A stretch of DNA of 64,000 nucleotides from Podarcis tiliguerta (Eukaryota). Below the pieces are notes generated by a model. That model saw only the letters and a program-made list of their open reading frames with translations. It ran no database searches and was not told the DNA's origin. The first letter of the stretch is position 1, and every line of letters begins with the position of its first letter. Of this stretch, positions 11,460-23,664 are shown piece after piece. The translations under genes and the position numbers were made by a program. The stretch lies in NCBI GenBank assembly GCA_965153285.1, contig OZ229118.1; one strand, given 5' to 3'.

Positions 11460-12910
11460 TATTAAGCAGTTGATAGAGATATTTACAGCTTTGCCGCAAC
11501 ATTATTTTTGGGTGGGGGAGGGTGGGGGAGGAGGTGGCAGCAAACACCATTGCTTTATATTCACCTTGGTGAAAAATGATATTTAGTTCGGAGCCTGTTC
11601 AAGTAAGTCTTTCTCCTTATTCCCACCCTGCCTTCAGTGGTATTCATTGGAGCCAGCAATCAATGGATTCCTTCCCCTTTGGGATTTGCTTGACCTACAG
11701 AAGCTGACATAATACAGGCAAGCGCTTGTTACTCTATCTGAATTGTCCATCTGTACCTTAATGAGTGAAATAGTTAAGCAGCCGAGGGGGCAAGCCGCAA
11801 GGAATGTGTCTTCCATTTGAGTTGAATATTTCGATGTATAGGGGGAGAGGGAGGGAGGCAGAGAGAGAGAGATCCACTTACATCATTAGAACTGCATTGA
11901 GTGTGCCTGTGTGCAGGTTAAGAGACAGACTACAGTGTCTTTGCTTTCTGCAGGAAGCAGCAATGCCGTTTGTATCCTAAGAGGAATTTTTTATTTAGAA
12001 AAGGAAGCGTTCTTTCTACCCAGGAAATGGCTTTCCTTGTGCGTTGCTATGCCAACTGCCTGCAGCCATGGTCTTCCAAAGTAAGCACAATAACGTAATT
12101 ATATTGGCGTATTACATTCAGACTCATGATTCTCTAGGTTTTTCTCTGTGTATGTGCCTTTGGTGTTTTTGGTTTTTTCCTTTTTTTTCCTTTTTGGTTT
12201 TTTTCCCTTAGTGACTCTCTTGATGGTAGGCATGGTTTCCTTGAATGTGAGGGACAGGCATCATTAAATTAAATGTCCGTCAATGTCATGCCGCTTGGAT
12301 TAATTGTGCGAACTTGGTTAGTTGAGTGGAACAGAGATCACTGGTCACCCTGTCAGCATCATTAGCAGCCAGAGGGGAGGTCCCTATTCACATGCTCTGC
12401 CCTGATTTTTTATTTTTTTTAATGGGGGTGAGGGGCTCTTTATTACTGTGATTGCAAATTAAACAGGAGTATTAACAATGCTTGGCTGAATGCAGGAAGC
12501 TGGTTCCCGCACCCTTACTAATATAATACTGTATTAAGCTTTTTTGAGGGAGTCTGTGTGCAGTCAGCCATTTTAGCTTTTCTCCCCCCCCCCCCTTTTT
12601 CCTCCCTTTCGCTCTCAGGGAATGCTCTCGTTCTTGTAGAAGAATGCTGGATATGTATGGTGTTGCCAGGCACTTTACATCCTTGCACGCTTAAGACTTC
12701 GAGTGTTATAAAAATGGAGACAATTGCTGCTGTTTGGATTGCTTTTCTGCACTACAAGTGTGAGAGATTTTGTGAACGGCACTTTGAGCTCTTGGCTTGG
12801 TTTTTCCCTTGGTTTTTGTTTGTTTAGTTTAATGCAGTAGAGGATGATTTGCTATCTATGAGAAATTGGTACATGATGTGTAAATTCAGTTCAGCATATG
12901 TTTGTTCATT
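11460..12910 (+). promoter_or_regulatory. RAPGEF2: Putative alternative promoter / 5'UTR region of RAPGEF2 short isoforms
   Basis: No recognisable repeats. The region precedes two ATG-bearing exons and contains G-rich and GA-rich tracts. The TSS cannot be placed. Confidence 0.5.
12027..12080 (+). CDS. RAPGEF2: RAPGEF2 alternative first coding exon (MAFLVRCYANCLQPWSSK)
   Basis: Good Kozak context GAAATGG, 54 nt, phase-0 donor AAA|GTAAGC compatible with the exon at 29717. Resembles a mammalian isoform N-terminus as I recall it. Confidence 0.75.
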
Positions 12911-12970
12911 ATGAAACCTCTTGCAATCCCAGCTAACCATGGAGTTATGGGCCAGCAGGAGAAACATTCA
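12911..12970 (+). CDS. RAPGEF2: RAPGEF2 first coding exon (MKPLAIPANHGVMGQQEKHS)
   Basis: Matches the canonical human RAPGEF2 N-terminus. Donor TCA|GTAAGT. Confidence 0.95.
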
Positions 12971-13981
12971 GTAAGTATAGCAAATTCTGCTTATTTTGGG
13001 AACAGGCTTTCGTTAAATTTCATTTTAAATTGTAACTGCCTGTATACATGCTCATTTTGCTTTGACTGTGGATATAATGGGGCTGTTAAATTGTAGTAGA
13101 AAAACAGATGCCTGCCGTGGTGTCAGTTGTGATTTAATACTTTGGTATTTCATGTTTTAAAATATGGAAGTTGCTTGCTTCTAAATAGAGAACTTTGAAA
13201 TATTATACTTTCTATAGAGTATGTTTCAGCTAACTTCTGACTTGAAAAGAAATACAAAGTTAAGATTTCTTGAAGGCGTATAGTGATGTCGAATACTTCT
13301 GTATCCAATATTATCCTGTATTTGCATGAAAGGTCTGTGTCATTTTGGTTTGGCATACCATGACCAACTTAAAAAGCTGTAATGTTTAACGAAAATGGGA
13401 ACAATTTAAAAGGAGCAAGCAATAAATGCTAGCCCTTTTAATTAATCCCACGGGCCAACTACACCTCTGTCATGCTGTAATCCCATAGGAAGGTACTGTT
13501 CCTTGTTTGTGAAAATAGCATTCATAGGCAAAATAGAAAATCTTTAGAAGTGTGGGCCTTGAATGCCAAAGATTTCAGGCCACGATCTAGAGAGCTGTTA
13601 GGTGTACCCAGCTGGACATCTGTCTTTTTTGTTTTTTATTTGAATGGCAGATTCCCCCCCTTCCCTGCCCCACCCCCAATGCCGCATTGATCAAACTGCT
13701 TTGGAAATTCCCCTGAGTTTCTAAAGCAGTTTGCCATGATGTGCAGGAGGCTGCTGCTTGAGAAATAGAGGTCAAAAACCCCTTTGGGTGGTGCCAGTCT
13801 TCTTGCATGGCTGTCTGAATTGTGGCCTAGATTTGTTTTTTAAGTCTTACAAAACCATTAAAAAATATAAAACTGTATACTAACTCCTCAGGCATTACTA
13901 TTACATAAATATTTATGGTTTACCAGTGAATTCTGTTTAAATTTTCGTTGTTGTTGAGAAGTGTGCAAGGGTGGATTTTGT

Positions 13982-14150
13982 AAATTATTATTATTATTAT
14001 ACACTCTTATCATCCCAAGGTGGGTTGCAACAATTAAAACACAATGTTAAAAAGAGCTTAAAACAACTTGCAATCACAAAAATAAGGTGGGCCCTAAAAA
14101 TATACATCTCAGGCCCCGGTACCAAGGTGTGCAGACATGCTTCACTCTTC
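13982..14150 (-). mobile_element. LINE (L2-like) 3' end fragment
   Basis: (TAT)n tail followed by an A-rich 3'UTR-like sequence. Confidence 0.4.
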
Positions 14151-15454
14151 AAACTACTTGTTTTTCTTAATCCTCATGAAGTCACACTGGGACTTATATG
14201 AAGCAAGAAGTTTTTGACACATGTGAGAATGTGCAGAAGTGTGAATGAAAGTTTCATACATGTGAGATGGAGACATACGTGAATATTAAAATTTGTGTGC
14301 GGGCATACAATATAATATTTAGGTCATGAATCAGGTGGTTGTTAACATTACAAAAGTAATATACAGTGACTTTAGATGTGTAAAACAAACATTTAGATTA
14401 TTCAAGATCTTAGGTAATCATTCTCTGCCCTGAGTTGTTGTAAGACAATTCCACCCCAAACACAGCATATTAGTGTAGGGTGAAAAACTTAATGAGTGAC
14501 ATTCATTTGGTGCCCTTGCACTCACAGAAGGACTTTTAATTCAGTTGATGCCTCCATTAATGGAAGAAGAGGGGAGGGGCTTTTTTTGCCAGTATCTCAT
14601 GCATCCCCCAGCTTGAGGGAGTCTAGGAACATTCCATAGCAAGGTAGAAAGTGGTATGGAGGTCAATAAAAGGAATTGCAAATTGGTGCAAATCACTTCA
14701 CCTCCCTTTCAGTAAGCGGAGGTGCCCACTGGATCAAAAGCTTTTGCACGAGTGCATGGGCACCACTTGGATTCTACCTAATGAAATTATACAGTCCTCA
14801 GTGAACTGATGGAGGTGAGCTGGAGAAATGCCATGCTCTGAATTCTATCTATCTGTGAAGTCAAATTTTGAAGAACATGGCACCCTTGTTTTGGAACTTC
14901 TTCATGAATAAGCAGTTGCTAGATTCTAACTCTATTATTTTAGAAGTGTGAAAACCTTTTTTATTTAGACACATGTGTGTGATAATTGCTGCTGGTTCTG
15001 TCCAAGCAGCTGTTTAATTTCCTTTTTCTGAGTTGTATTGTTTTTAATGTGTTTAATAAACTGTTCTCTGTTTCATGGCATTATCTACTGTTGTCAGCCA
15101 TCAGCTTCTTGAAAGTGGAAAGAGATTGGAAATAAATACTATAAATGGACATTAGTAGAAGCCAGGTGAGGAGCATTGATTCCCCTTGCCCTCATGTAAA
15201 TTGGTTGCTGCAGGTTCATATTTTGAGGAGGAGAACCAATAAGTGGAGGAGAAAAGCTGTGGTTGGAATGAGATAAAGCACAAGCCTAGGTTCAGATGTA
15301 ATACTAAGCCAAACCATGGTTTAGCTCCCAGGAGCATGGCACCAGCAAGACTAGGGAAGGACTGAGGCTGCATTGATTTTCTAAATATATACCAGCACAA
15401 TTTCTCATTCAAACTAAGACATGGTTGAACAGGGACAGTAATGAAATGTTACCT

Positions 15455-15472
15455 ATCTATATCTTATCTATC

Positions 15473-15515
<43 letters not shown>
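15455..15515. repeat. (TATC)n microsatellite
   Basis: Direct reading. Confidence 0.95.
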
Positions 15516-15517
<2 letters not shown>

Positions 15518-15620
15518 CAACTAAGTTTTAATCAGTCTCATTGAAATAAATGACCATGGGTAGGTTAGGTCCTATAAGTTCAATAAGCCTACTCTGTGTA
15601 AAACCTAGTTGAATACCACC
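15516..15620. mobile_element. Palindromic MITE, partial copy of the element at 22323-22440
   Basis: Shares AACTAAGTTTTA...CATTGAAA...GTAAAAC...GTTGAATACCACC. The left end is replaced by (TATC)n. Confidence 0.55.
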
Positions 15621-15970
15621 AAGGTGTTTATTGTCTGAATCTATATTAATAGCCATGCAACTTATTGAACTGGAATTAGCAATACTACTATTTCTTGATT
15701 TTCTAAATGCTCTATTTCATTTTACAGAATATTTGTAAATTGCTACTCTAGGTTGAGAATTTAAACTCTGGCCTTGTCAGATTTTTGGAATCTCCATAGA
15801 GTCTGTGTCATGTATGCCCAAATACAGTCGGCTTAATTTTCCAAATTATCAAACCAGTAAACTATTCTGTAATTATTTGTATCTTCTTAACCTTATCCCA
15901 GTTGGCTAGTGGATGGTTCAGGTCCTGCAATCCTGTAAACATGTTTGCCGCTGTTAGTGGCCTTTTCCCT

Positions 15971-16002
15971 GGTTGGTTGGTCGGTTGGTTGGTTGGTTGG
16001 TT
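15971..16002. repeat. (GGTT)n microsatellite
   Basis: Direct reading. Confidence 0.9.
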
Positions 16003-16303
16003 AGTAGTAACAATCTTTAAGTTAGTTAGTTGCTAAACAGTTTGTTTTTCTGAGGGGAGGGGTAAGAACTTCTTTAAGGGAAACTAGTAACATACCCTTA
16101 AATGGTCTACTGGCACTGAATTAACACATTCCCCCTTCCATTATTTGTGACATACATGACACTCATTCAAATAAGAATTTTTGTCCTATAGTAGTTTGGA
16201 AGGTAATATGGATATTAAGCTGCTCTCAGGCACCCAAATATTAGTGGCACTACTTTTGCCATGTAAAAGCAGCATGCTCATGGGCCTTTCCTGCAGGTGT
16301 CTG

Positions 16304-16308
<5 letters not shown>

Positions 16309-16347
<39 letters not shown>
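16309..16347. repeat. (GA)n microsatellite
   Basis: Direct reading. Confidence 0.95.
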
Positions 16348-16349
<2 letters not shown>

Positions 16350-16412
16350 CTTGGTGACACACCTCTTTGGAGTTTTTTGTTTGTTTAGCAAATTGTTTAG
16401 CTCCGTTTTGGA

Positions 16413-16700
16413 CAGAGGTGGAGAAACTTTTTCATTCTGAGGGCCACATTCTCTTCTAGACAAACTTCATGCCAGAGGAGGGTAAAGGCAACACTGGGCA
16501 GAGCAATACATGCAAATTTTACCCTTGTACAGTAGGCACATGCGCTCGCACACGTGCACACACACAATCTTCCATCCAGAGAAGTAAGAGGCATTATCAG
16601 AGTTCAAGGACACATTCCTTTCAGGCAAAAATGCCCAAGGAGGACATGAAGCAGGGCTGTGGAGAGAGTTTGGCTCTTGGGCCATAGGTTCCTCACCCTG
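16413..16700. mobile_element. hAT-like MITE (degenerate)
   Basis: Ends CAGAGGTGGAGAAACT ... AGGTTCCTCACCCTG, with a subterminal GAGGGCCACATT motif. Confidence 0.55.
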
Positions 16701-19369
16701 ATTTAAAACAAACTGGCCAAGTTAAACTGTCTCAAAGCAACTTTGCAATGATGGTGCCACTTGGTTTATTCATAACGCCAACAGAAAAAAGAGATGGGTG
16801 GTACCTAAGGGACAAGAAGCTTCCTGTCCCACCAAAGAGGAATCTCTGAAGACCCGGAACAATGCTGGAAGCAAAATAATATAGTATTCCATTTCAGCTT
16901 GTCAGCCTCTTCAGGAGCCAGCAGATCTTATTCCACATTGCAGTTCACTTAGAATGCATTGTTTTATGCATGTTGTTCCAGGGGTGATGAGCTGAAACGC
17001 ATTGGACATAGTATGCTGTGAAATAAAATTATTTTGCCTTCCGCAACCTTTTGAGGTTTCACCCTTTTTAGCCTTACGTAATGCTTCTATCGTTTATATA
17101 CTAATGCTCATGCAAGTTTGCTTCAGTAAATTTGCATTATTTTGTCTTGGGAATACAAAACTAAGCTATTGTATGTTAGTGAGCTGAACTAATCTGCAAT
17201 GATGTAAAATGTTGGTAGGGTTTTTAGGCATGCAAAATTGTGAACATGTGCATTTACGTGGCAGAGGGGATGGGACTCCCCCCTCCCCCCGGAAGAACAA
17301 ATATTGGAAGTTCAGACCAGCGTGAGATAACTGCCTCAGGTGGCAGGTGATGGGAGGCAGAGAGAAGCAATGCATGTTGAAGGACAGAGCAATGTGTGCC
17401 TCACAGCCTTCCTGCAATTCCCTAAGTGAGTCTGTTGGCTTCAGGTGCACTGTCCTGTTGCCAGTGTTGATGTCAGTAGGACAGTGCACCCGAAGGCAAC
17501 AGACTCGCTTAGAGAATTGCAGGAAGGCTGTTAGCCAACCCATTTACTCATCTCTTCTGTCCCCCCACTACCAAAATACAATCTCACATACTTCTAATTT
17601 GTTGATTTGGCAGTGAGAAAGGCATGCTATCTCTTCCCCATGGTCACTATGCTTTTTGTCTTGGAGGTTGCAGAGTATTAGGTGGACAGAAAGCATGGAG
17701 AGAGGGACAGACCTAATTCTACTTTCCATGTACTGCTGTTACCACTGGATCTTGGGGGGGGGGGGTGAGGGGCAGACAGAAAGGATGTCTTGGTAGTAAG
17801 GGGGGCAGGTGGGTAGGTGGTGCACAAACTTACATGTTTTTTTTTAGCATAGATTTTAATTGAACTGGAAAAGAATACGTGGGCTTGAAGAACTATCATC
17901 TCTTTCTGAGCCCAAACATGGAGAAGTTCATTGGGATTTCTACTCTTAACATCATTCCTTATAAATGGCGGGTCTTCAGACCTCCTTATACATTGTGTTT
18001 GAACTCTGGTATGCTTCCAAAATAGTTTGTTGTAGGTAGGGTGAGGCATCTTTTTAGGAAGTCAAAAGCTTCATTGACCCAGCTAGTCACAGTGTCCTCA
18101 GTTGTGGCTAAAACTACTAAACAAATATATTTATGCAGCACTGATGCAACTGTGGGGTCATTCTGGGTGGCTATCGGCTCTCTGCTCTTCAGGTTAGGTT
18201 TCCACAGGATGGCTGCTTCTTTCAGATTCAGCTGCTGTTGAGTGGAGTTTCATGGGAGCCTTCTCTTAGCTTACTCATTTAGTTCACAGCCACATTAGCA
18301 AGTTCAGGGGCACCTATGATCCAAACTACTTTCAACATATAATTTTATTGCAGTCGTCTGCATACATTTATGGCTAGCTCATTAAAGATGACCCAGAAGC
18401 TTTGATTAGTTCAGAGCTCAGCCGGTTTAATTCTGATGGGTACAGACAAAGAATTAATACTCCATCTACAACTACATTGAGTTGTCAATGACTCAGTTGA
18501 CTGAGCTAGTCAAGAGACCTCACAATAAAACTTATGCATCTATTAACATGCAAATAAGGTCAAATAGGTGTATTGTATGTTATGGAAAGTAAGGTCACAT
18601 TGATTTAGGTAAGATATTACCTCATGTCTTCATTTCTCTCGACAGGAATTTAGCTACAGATCCTGTAATACTCTTATTTGTATCAGAGAGAAGAGAAATG
18701 TAATGTGCAGGCAATCTTCAAAGATACAAAATGGTTACTGGATCAATCAACTCTTTCCGGAGACCTCTATAATAGTTACAAAACAACAAGACATGGATGA
18801 ATGTTTCTCTTTCTTCTGAGGAAGAAAGACATCACTTATAAGAGTAGGGTGTTTACCCTAAATCTCCTCTCCATAAGAGCTGAAGGTATCACACTGAAAC
18901 ATGCAGGATAGGAATGCCCTCCTGTATTTTGTTATGCTGAAGTTCAGTGGATATTTTGTCTGAGAATTAACAGATGTACTGGAAATGCCAAATACCAAAG
19001 CTGAACAAGTTGTCTTGACTATCGAAAATAGGTTTTGGAAGCCTATTTACCGATATTTAATAAAAGATCTAGCCTGAAGCTGTGACAGAGAAACCATAAC
19101 ACAAATTTTGTTACTTAGCAACTTCATCTATGTACTTGCAACTGGTCTACATGAACCGAAGATAGGTAGCTGTGTGAGATAATAGGGGGATATTAGCACT
19201 GAATTTTTGACTCTGTAACAGGGGCAAGAAACCTCTGGCTTGTGGGCCTACATGGGTCTGCTAGGTCTTCCCATTTAGCCTATGAAGACACTTCAGCCAA
19301 GACACAACTACGTGCCCTGCATCTGATGTTAAATATGGCATTAGATTGTGGTGCATGTAAATACCTGGT

Positions 19370-19501
19370 TCATCTGAAGGCAGCCCTGTTCAGGGAAGTT
19401 TTTAGTGTTTGATATTGTTGTTTTTTACTGTTTTTTGTTGGGAGCCGCCCAGAGTGACTGGGGCAACCCAGTCAGATGGGCAGCATGTAAGTAAGTAAGT
19501 A

Positions 19502-19538
<37 letters not shown>

Positions 19539-19545
19539 ATTATTA
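19370..19545 (+). mobile_element. L2-type LINE 3' end with (TTA)n tail
   Basis: GCCGCCCAGAGT...CCCAGTCAGATGGGC 3' stem-loop-like motif, followed by (GTAA)n(TTA)n. Confidence 0.6.
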
Positions 19546-22322
19546 TGTGTTTGCATGCAACAGCAATCAGCAACACAGCTTTGTGCAGAGTGCTGTGCAC
19601 AGTGGTTTGCATGATTTGACAATCATCTGTGTTGGATCTTGCTGAGTGTTTTGCAAGAGGCTTCACAAGACCCAGTAATCAGTTGATTATTGGTGTCCAT
19701 GCGGGCAAAAAGAGTTACCGGGACTGACTTATGGGAAGTCCCCATTCACCTTTGCAACTTGGTTCCTGAAGGGTGGGGGAAATAATTATCTTACCTTCTA
19801 GTCAGAGCTAATCTCTGCCTCCTTTCTTCACTCTAGAATTCAAACCTCATCTCTAAGCTCAGGACTGCTGCTGCTGATACATAGTTTGGGACACCAAACA
19901 TAGCCCTTAAGAGCCTTGAACAAACTTTTTCAACACTTGAATTCAAAATCAAAATCTGAACACCATATAAGAGTCGGGCTAGCAATTTGGCAGTTAAAAC
20001 TTGTCATGCTGAAGAAATATAACACATCCCTATAGTGCACAAAAATGTTGAAATGTTGAATCGCAACCATGCGTTATGTCATTGGTACTCTATTTACTTC
20101 TGAACCCAACTTAAGATGCTATATTTATCTTAAAAAGTCTTAACTGGTTTGGGCTAAATACTTGAAGGAACGTCTCTTCTCATACCAGTAAACTCATGTC
20201 TTAATTTTAGATTATCTTTGCCTGTTTAGGTTTTAATTGTTGTTGATGCATTATCGTCCTTTATATTTATTTGTTGGTTTACAATTGCATCTATATATTT
20301 CTGAATTAGCTTTTCTTTGCTCTTTTCTATACTATCCTGAATCTCTTGAAGGGTGGTTTTTAAATAAATAGATACATGGAAATCAATGTTCTTGCCATTT
20401 TCCTTGGCAGAGGCTGTTTGCCAGACAATGTTGTTCTGCTAGACATATACTAAAAAAAACAGGCAATGCAATGAACTGATTTGTGTTCCTCCTACTTTTA
20501 CTACTACAGGAAAGTAGGAAACTCATTGTAGATGTAGGAAAAATATTTGGTGAGATAGTATTTTTAAACTAAAACAAATTTGCCTAGTTTTTACTTAACT
20601 TCTGCCGGAATTGATAATCTTAAAAACATGCCTATATTCTCAGCTGCTTTTCAAATAGCCAATGGTAATGCTAAGGCACCATCCATCTCAAATTAGGGAC
20701 ATTGACAGCAATGCTCAGGTACCTTCCCTGCACCACTTGGGTAGTTTGCAGACAGAGGAAAATGATGCTCATATCTCTGTACAATTACCCTGCAGATGTT
20801 ACTCAGAACCCAACTAAGTACATAACCTTCAACTACAGCAATTTTCAGCAAACAGTAGAGCAGCCATGATGGATCAAAATGGATGAAAGAAAATAAGCTT
20901 TGCAACATTTCAACATGCTTTTGCTGATTGGGAACTTTTGCTGATTCTCAGTAGTCATGTGAGCAGTGCTTGAAACTCCCATTGTTCTAGGCACATCTTG
21001 CAACAGGGAATTTCATTAGCGTGAGCAGTTTCTGAGCTCTGAGCTCAGTACTGCGCTTAAGATTTCAGGTTAAAATTGCAGAGTAGAGGGAAAGGAGGAC
21101 CTTTTTCTGCCTCCCCACTTCCAGCTACTCTCTGAAGACTGGAGAAGATACCCTCTTAAGAATATTAGGGGGGTGGGCAGGTGAAGGCCTAGACCATGTG
21201 AAAAATTAATATTTTAGCTGCAGTTCATTCATTTTCAGCTTTGTATTTTTGTTATAAAAAAGTGTGCCTAGACATTCCATTGTTGCACCCATAACCTAGG
21301 CTTAAGGTGCCATTTAACTTTTAGCTTTCATATCTCAGTTTCTAACACTGCATGTGAGATGTTAGCATCTTAGATGATGGTAAATTTAAAAACAGCATCA
21401 TACTTTTACAAAGAAACATTCTCCCCAACTCCCTCCACTTGCTGTCTGTTCAACTTTGCTTCATGTGTTTTCACTCAGCTGAAACCCACAGGATCCTGGC
21501 TCACAGCCATGGATGGGTAACTGAACTTTATTCCAAAATGCTAATATGTGAGAAATTCTGTTTCACAACTAGATGGGCTGGAATAAGTCAAAAGGAGGCC
21601 AAATCGTCAATTAAGAAAGGAAATAAACTCTGATGGATTGCTTTCTTAAAGCTGTTTTAATGTTGTTCTTATACAATTCTTAGTATATTTTATTTTTGCA
21701 GTACTACATTGTTTTTATGTTCCTATGCTGTGATTCAAAGTTCAGAGTATCATTATCTTCCATATAAAGATAATATGCTTTGAAAGAAGCATTGGACACC
21801 AATAAGCTGACTGATTCATTTTAGTTCTAGACTTGAGTCTGTGATCTTTATTACTGGTTATGTTTAATCCCCATTGAACTGAGTTGCTAATTAGCAAATT
21901 TTGACCCCTGGTTAAAGGACCCAATTAACTTTGGTGTGTTGGCCAAGAATTGGCTGATAAACACTAGTGTTTATGGGATCTCCAGATTAACAACAGATGG
22001 CCATCAGGGGTACTGCAGCTTTCAACTTGGTAGGATCCAGGTGGCCTGTGGAGCCAGTAATGTATTTACCTGTTCACGTAGACTGTTGAGGCTGGGCTGC
22101 AATAGCCTGCTTGGATGCCCTGCCTACAGTGCAAGAATTAAAAGAGGCTAGAGAGGCCCTTCCCTATTTCCATCCACTGTTAGATTGTTTCAATCAAAAT
22201 TTAGAAACTTTTTAATGATAAGAAATACAGGTATGTTTTGAATTTAAAATGCAGAGCTATTTATTGATAAATAAATTTATTTCAAAGTGAGATTTACAAA
22301 ATAAGTTATTTGCTGCAATTTT

Positions 22323-22440
22323 AGGGTGGTATTGAACTAAGTTTTACTCAGATGAAACCCATTGAAATTAATGAACATAACTAAGTTAGGTCCATTTAAC
22401 TTCAATGGGTTTGAGTAAAACTTGGTTGAATACCACCCTT
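22323..22440. mobile_element. Palindromic (hairpin) MITE of about 118 bp
   Basis: AGGGTGGTATTGAACTAAGTTTTACTCA pairs with TGAGTAAAACTTGGTTGAATACCACCCT. Inner arms AACCCATTGAA / TTCAATGGGTT. Confidence 0.7.
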
Positions 22441-23623
22441 AGCTTTCCCTTGTAGTTGCTCATTATTTATTTAATATTTTAATTGTTAATACCTCTGTAG
22501 ATTGCATAGAATAACTCGAGGGGATACCAGTTGGAGCTTTTTAATGCCTTTCCACTGTCCAGCAGCTTCGGCCAGGAACTCCCTTTCCCAGCAGATCTGA
22601 TTATACTGCTTCCACCTCATTTTTCAAACATCACCTGTCGCTTTTTAGAATGCTATGATACCTGCTCACGTCATCACTTTCTCTTTGTAAAGGCATTGGA
22701 GGATCTCAAAAAAGCTCTGTTAATGACTTTTTGAGATGTGGTTCATAACATTTATCTTTATGTTTCCCACTGTAAAATATGACTTTATAATACCTGGCCA
22801 ATAAGGAATTTTTTACAATAATACATAGAGACAATTGCTTGATCTCAGGATTCCAGGGAGATGATTAATTGGAAAACAGTGAATAATAAATCACAAGAAA
22901 CAGATTACTATACACAAACTCAGATGCAATAATCCAGCACAGAGGTTGGGAGCTGCTTAACTCCGTTTGATTGTAGCTGAACATGTGCACTTGAATATAA
23001 GAACTCCTCTAATACCCTAGAAGTAGAAGATAGCAGAATTCTATGGTTCCTATGGTTTCTATGTTTGCTTAGCATCTTATATGTTAAAAGGTTAATAGGT
23101 TCCATTTAGCATAGGCAATCTGTTATATGAAGCAAGTGGTGGTGCCAGTAAAGGGTACAATGACAAGAATGAAGGTCTTTTTAGCCAGTGAGGTCAAGAC
23201 CCCAAATTAGCCATTTTATTTGACAGTCATAGCCTGACAATCATGCTATTTACTTTACATGGGTTCCGGTCTTCTTTTGGAAGCTTGGAACAACTTAAAT
23301 GTGGCTTCCTGTGGTTTTCCAGCCTAGCATCAATCAAACCATACCTGTTTAGCGTCAAAGCAGCTATAGCAACAGGTACTCCTTGATTTCATTGGGCACT
23401 TTAGAAGATTGTTCTGTAAAGTTGGAGTAAGTACAGGAAAAGTTTTAGTCCCTGCTAACTTATTTCACATAGGGCACCAACAATTGATACTAATGCAGTT
23501 GTTGTAATACTTTGTATTTGAAATCATTTTTTATTCTAACACATACCTCTTTTTTGAGAATAAATCATCATCTAGATTTGTTGTCTTAAGTTGCCTATTT
23601 CCAGATATATTATGAATCTTGAA

Positions 23624-23664
23624 TGTGTGTGTGCGTGCGTGCGTGTGCGCGCGCACACACACAC
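23624..23664. repeat. Alternating purine-pyrimidine (TG/CG/CA) tract
   Basis: Direct reading. Confidence 0.9.
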
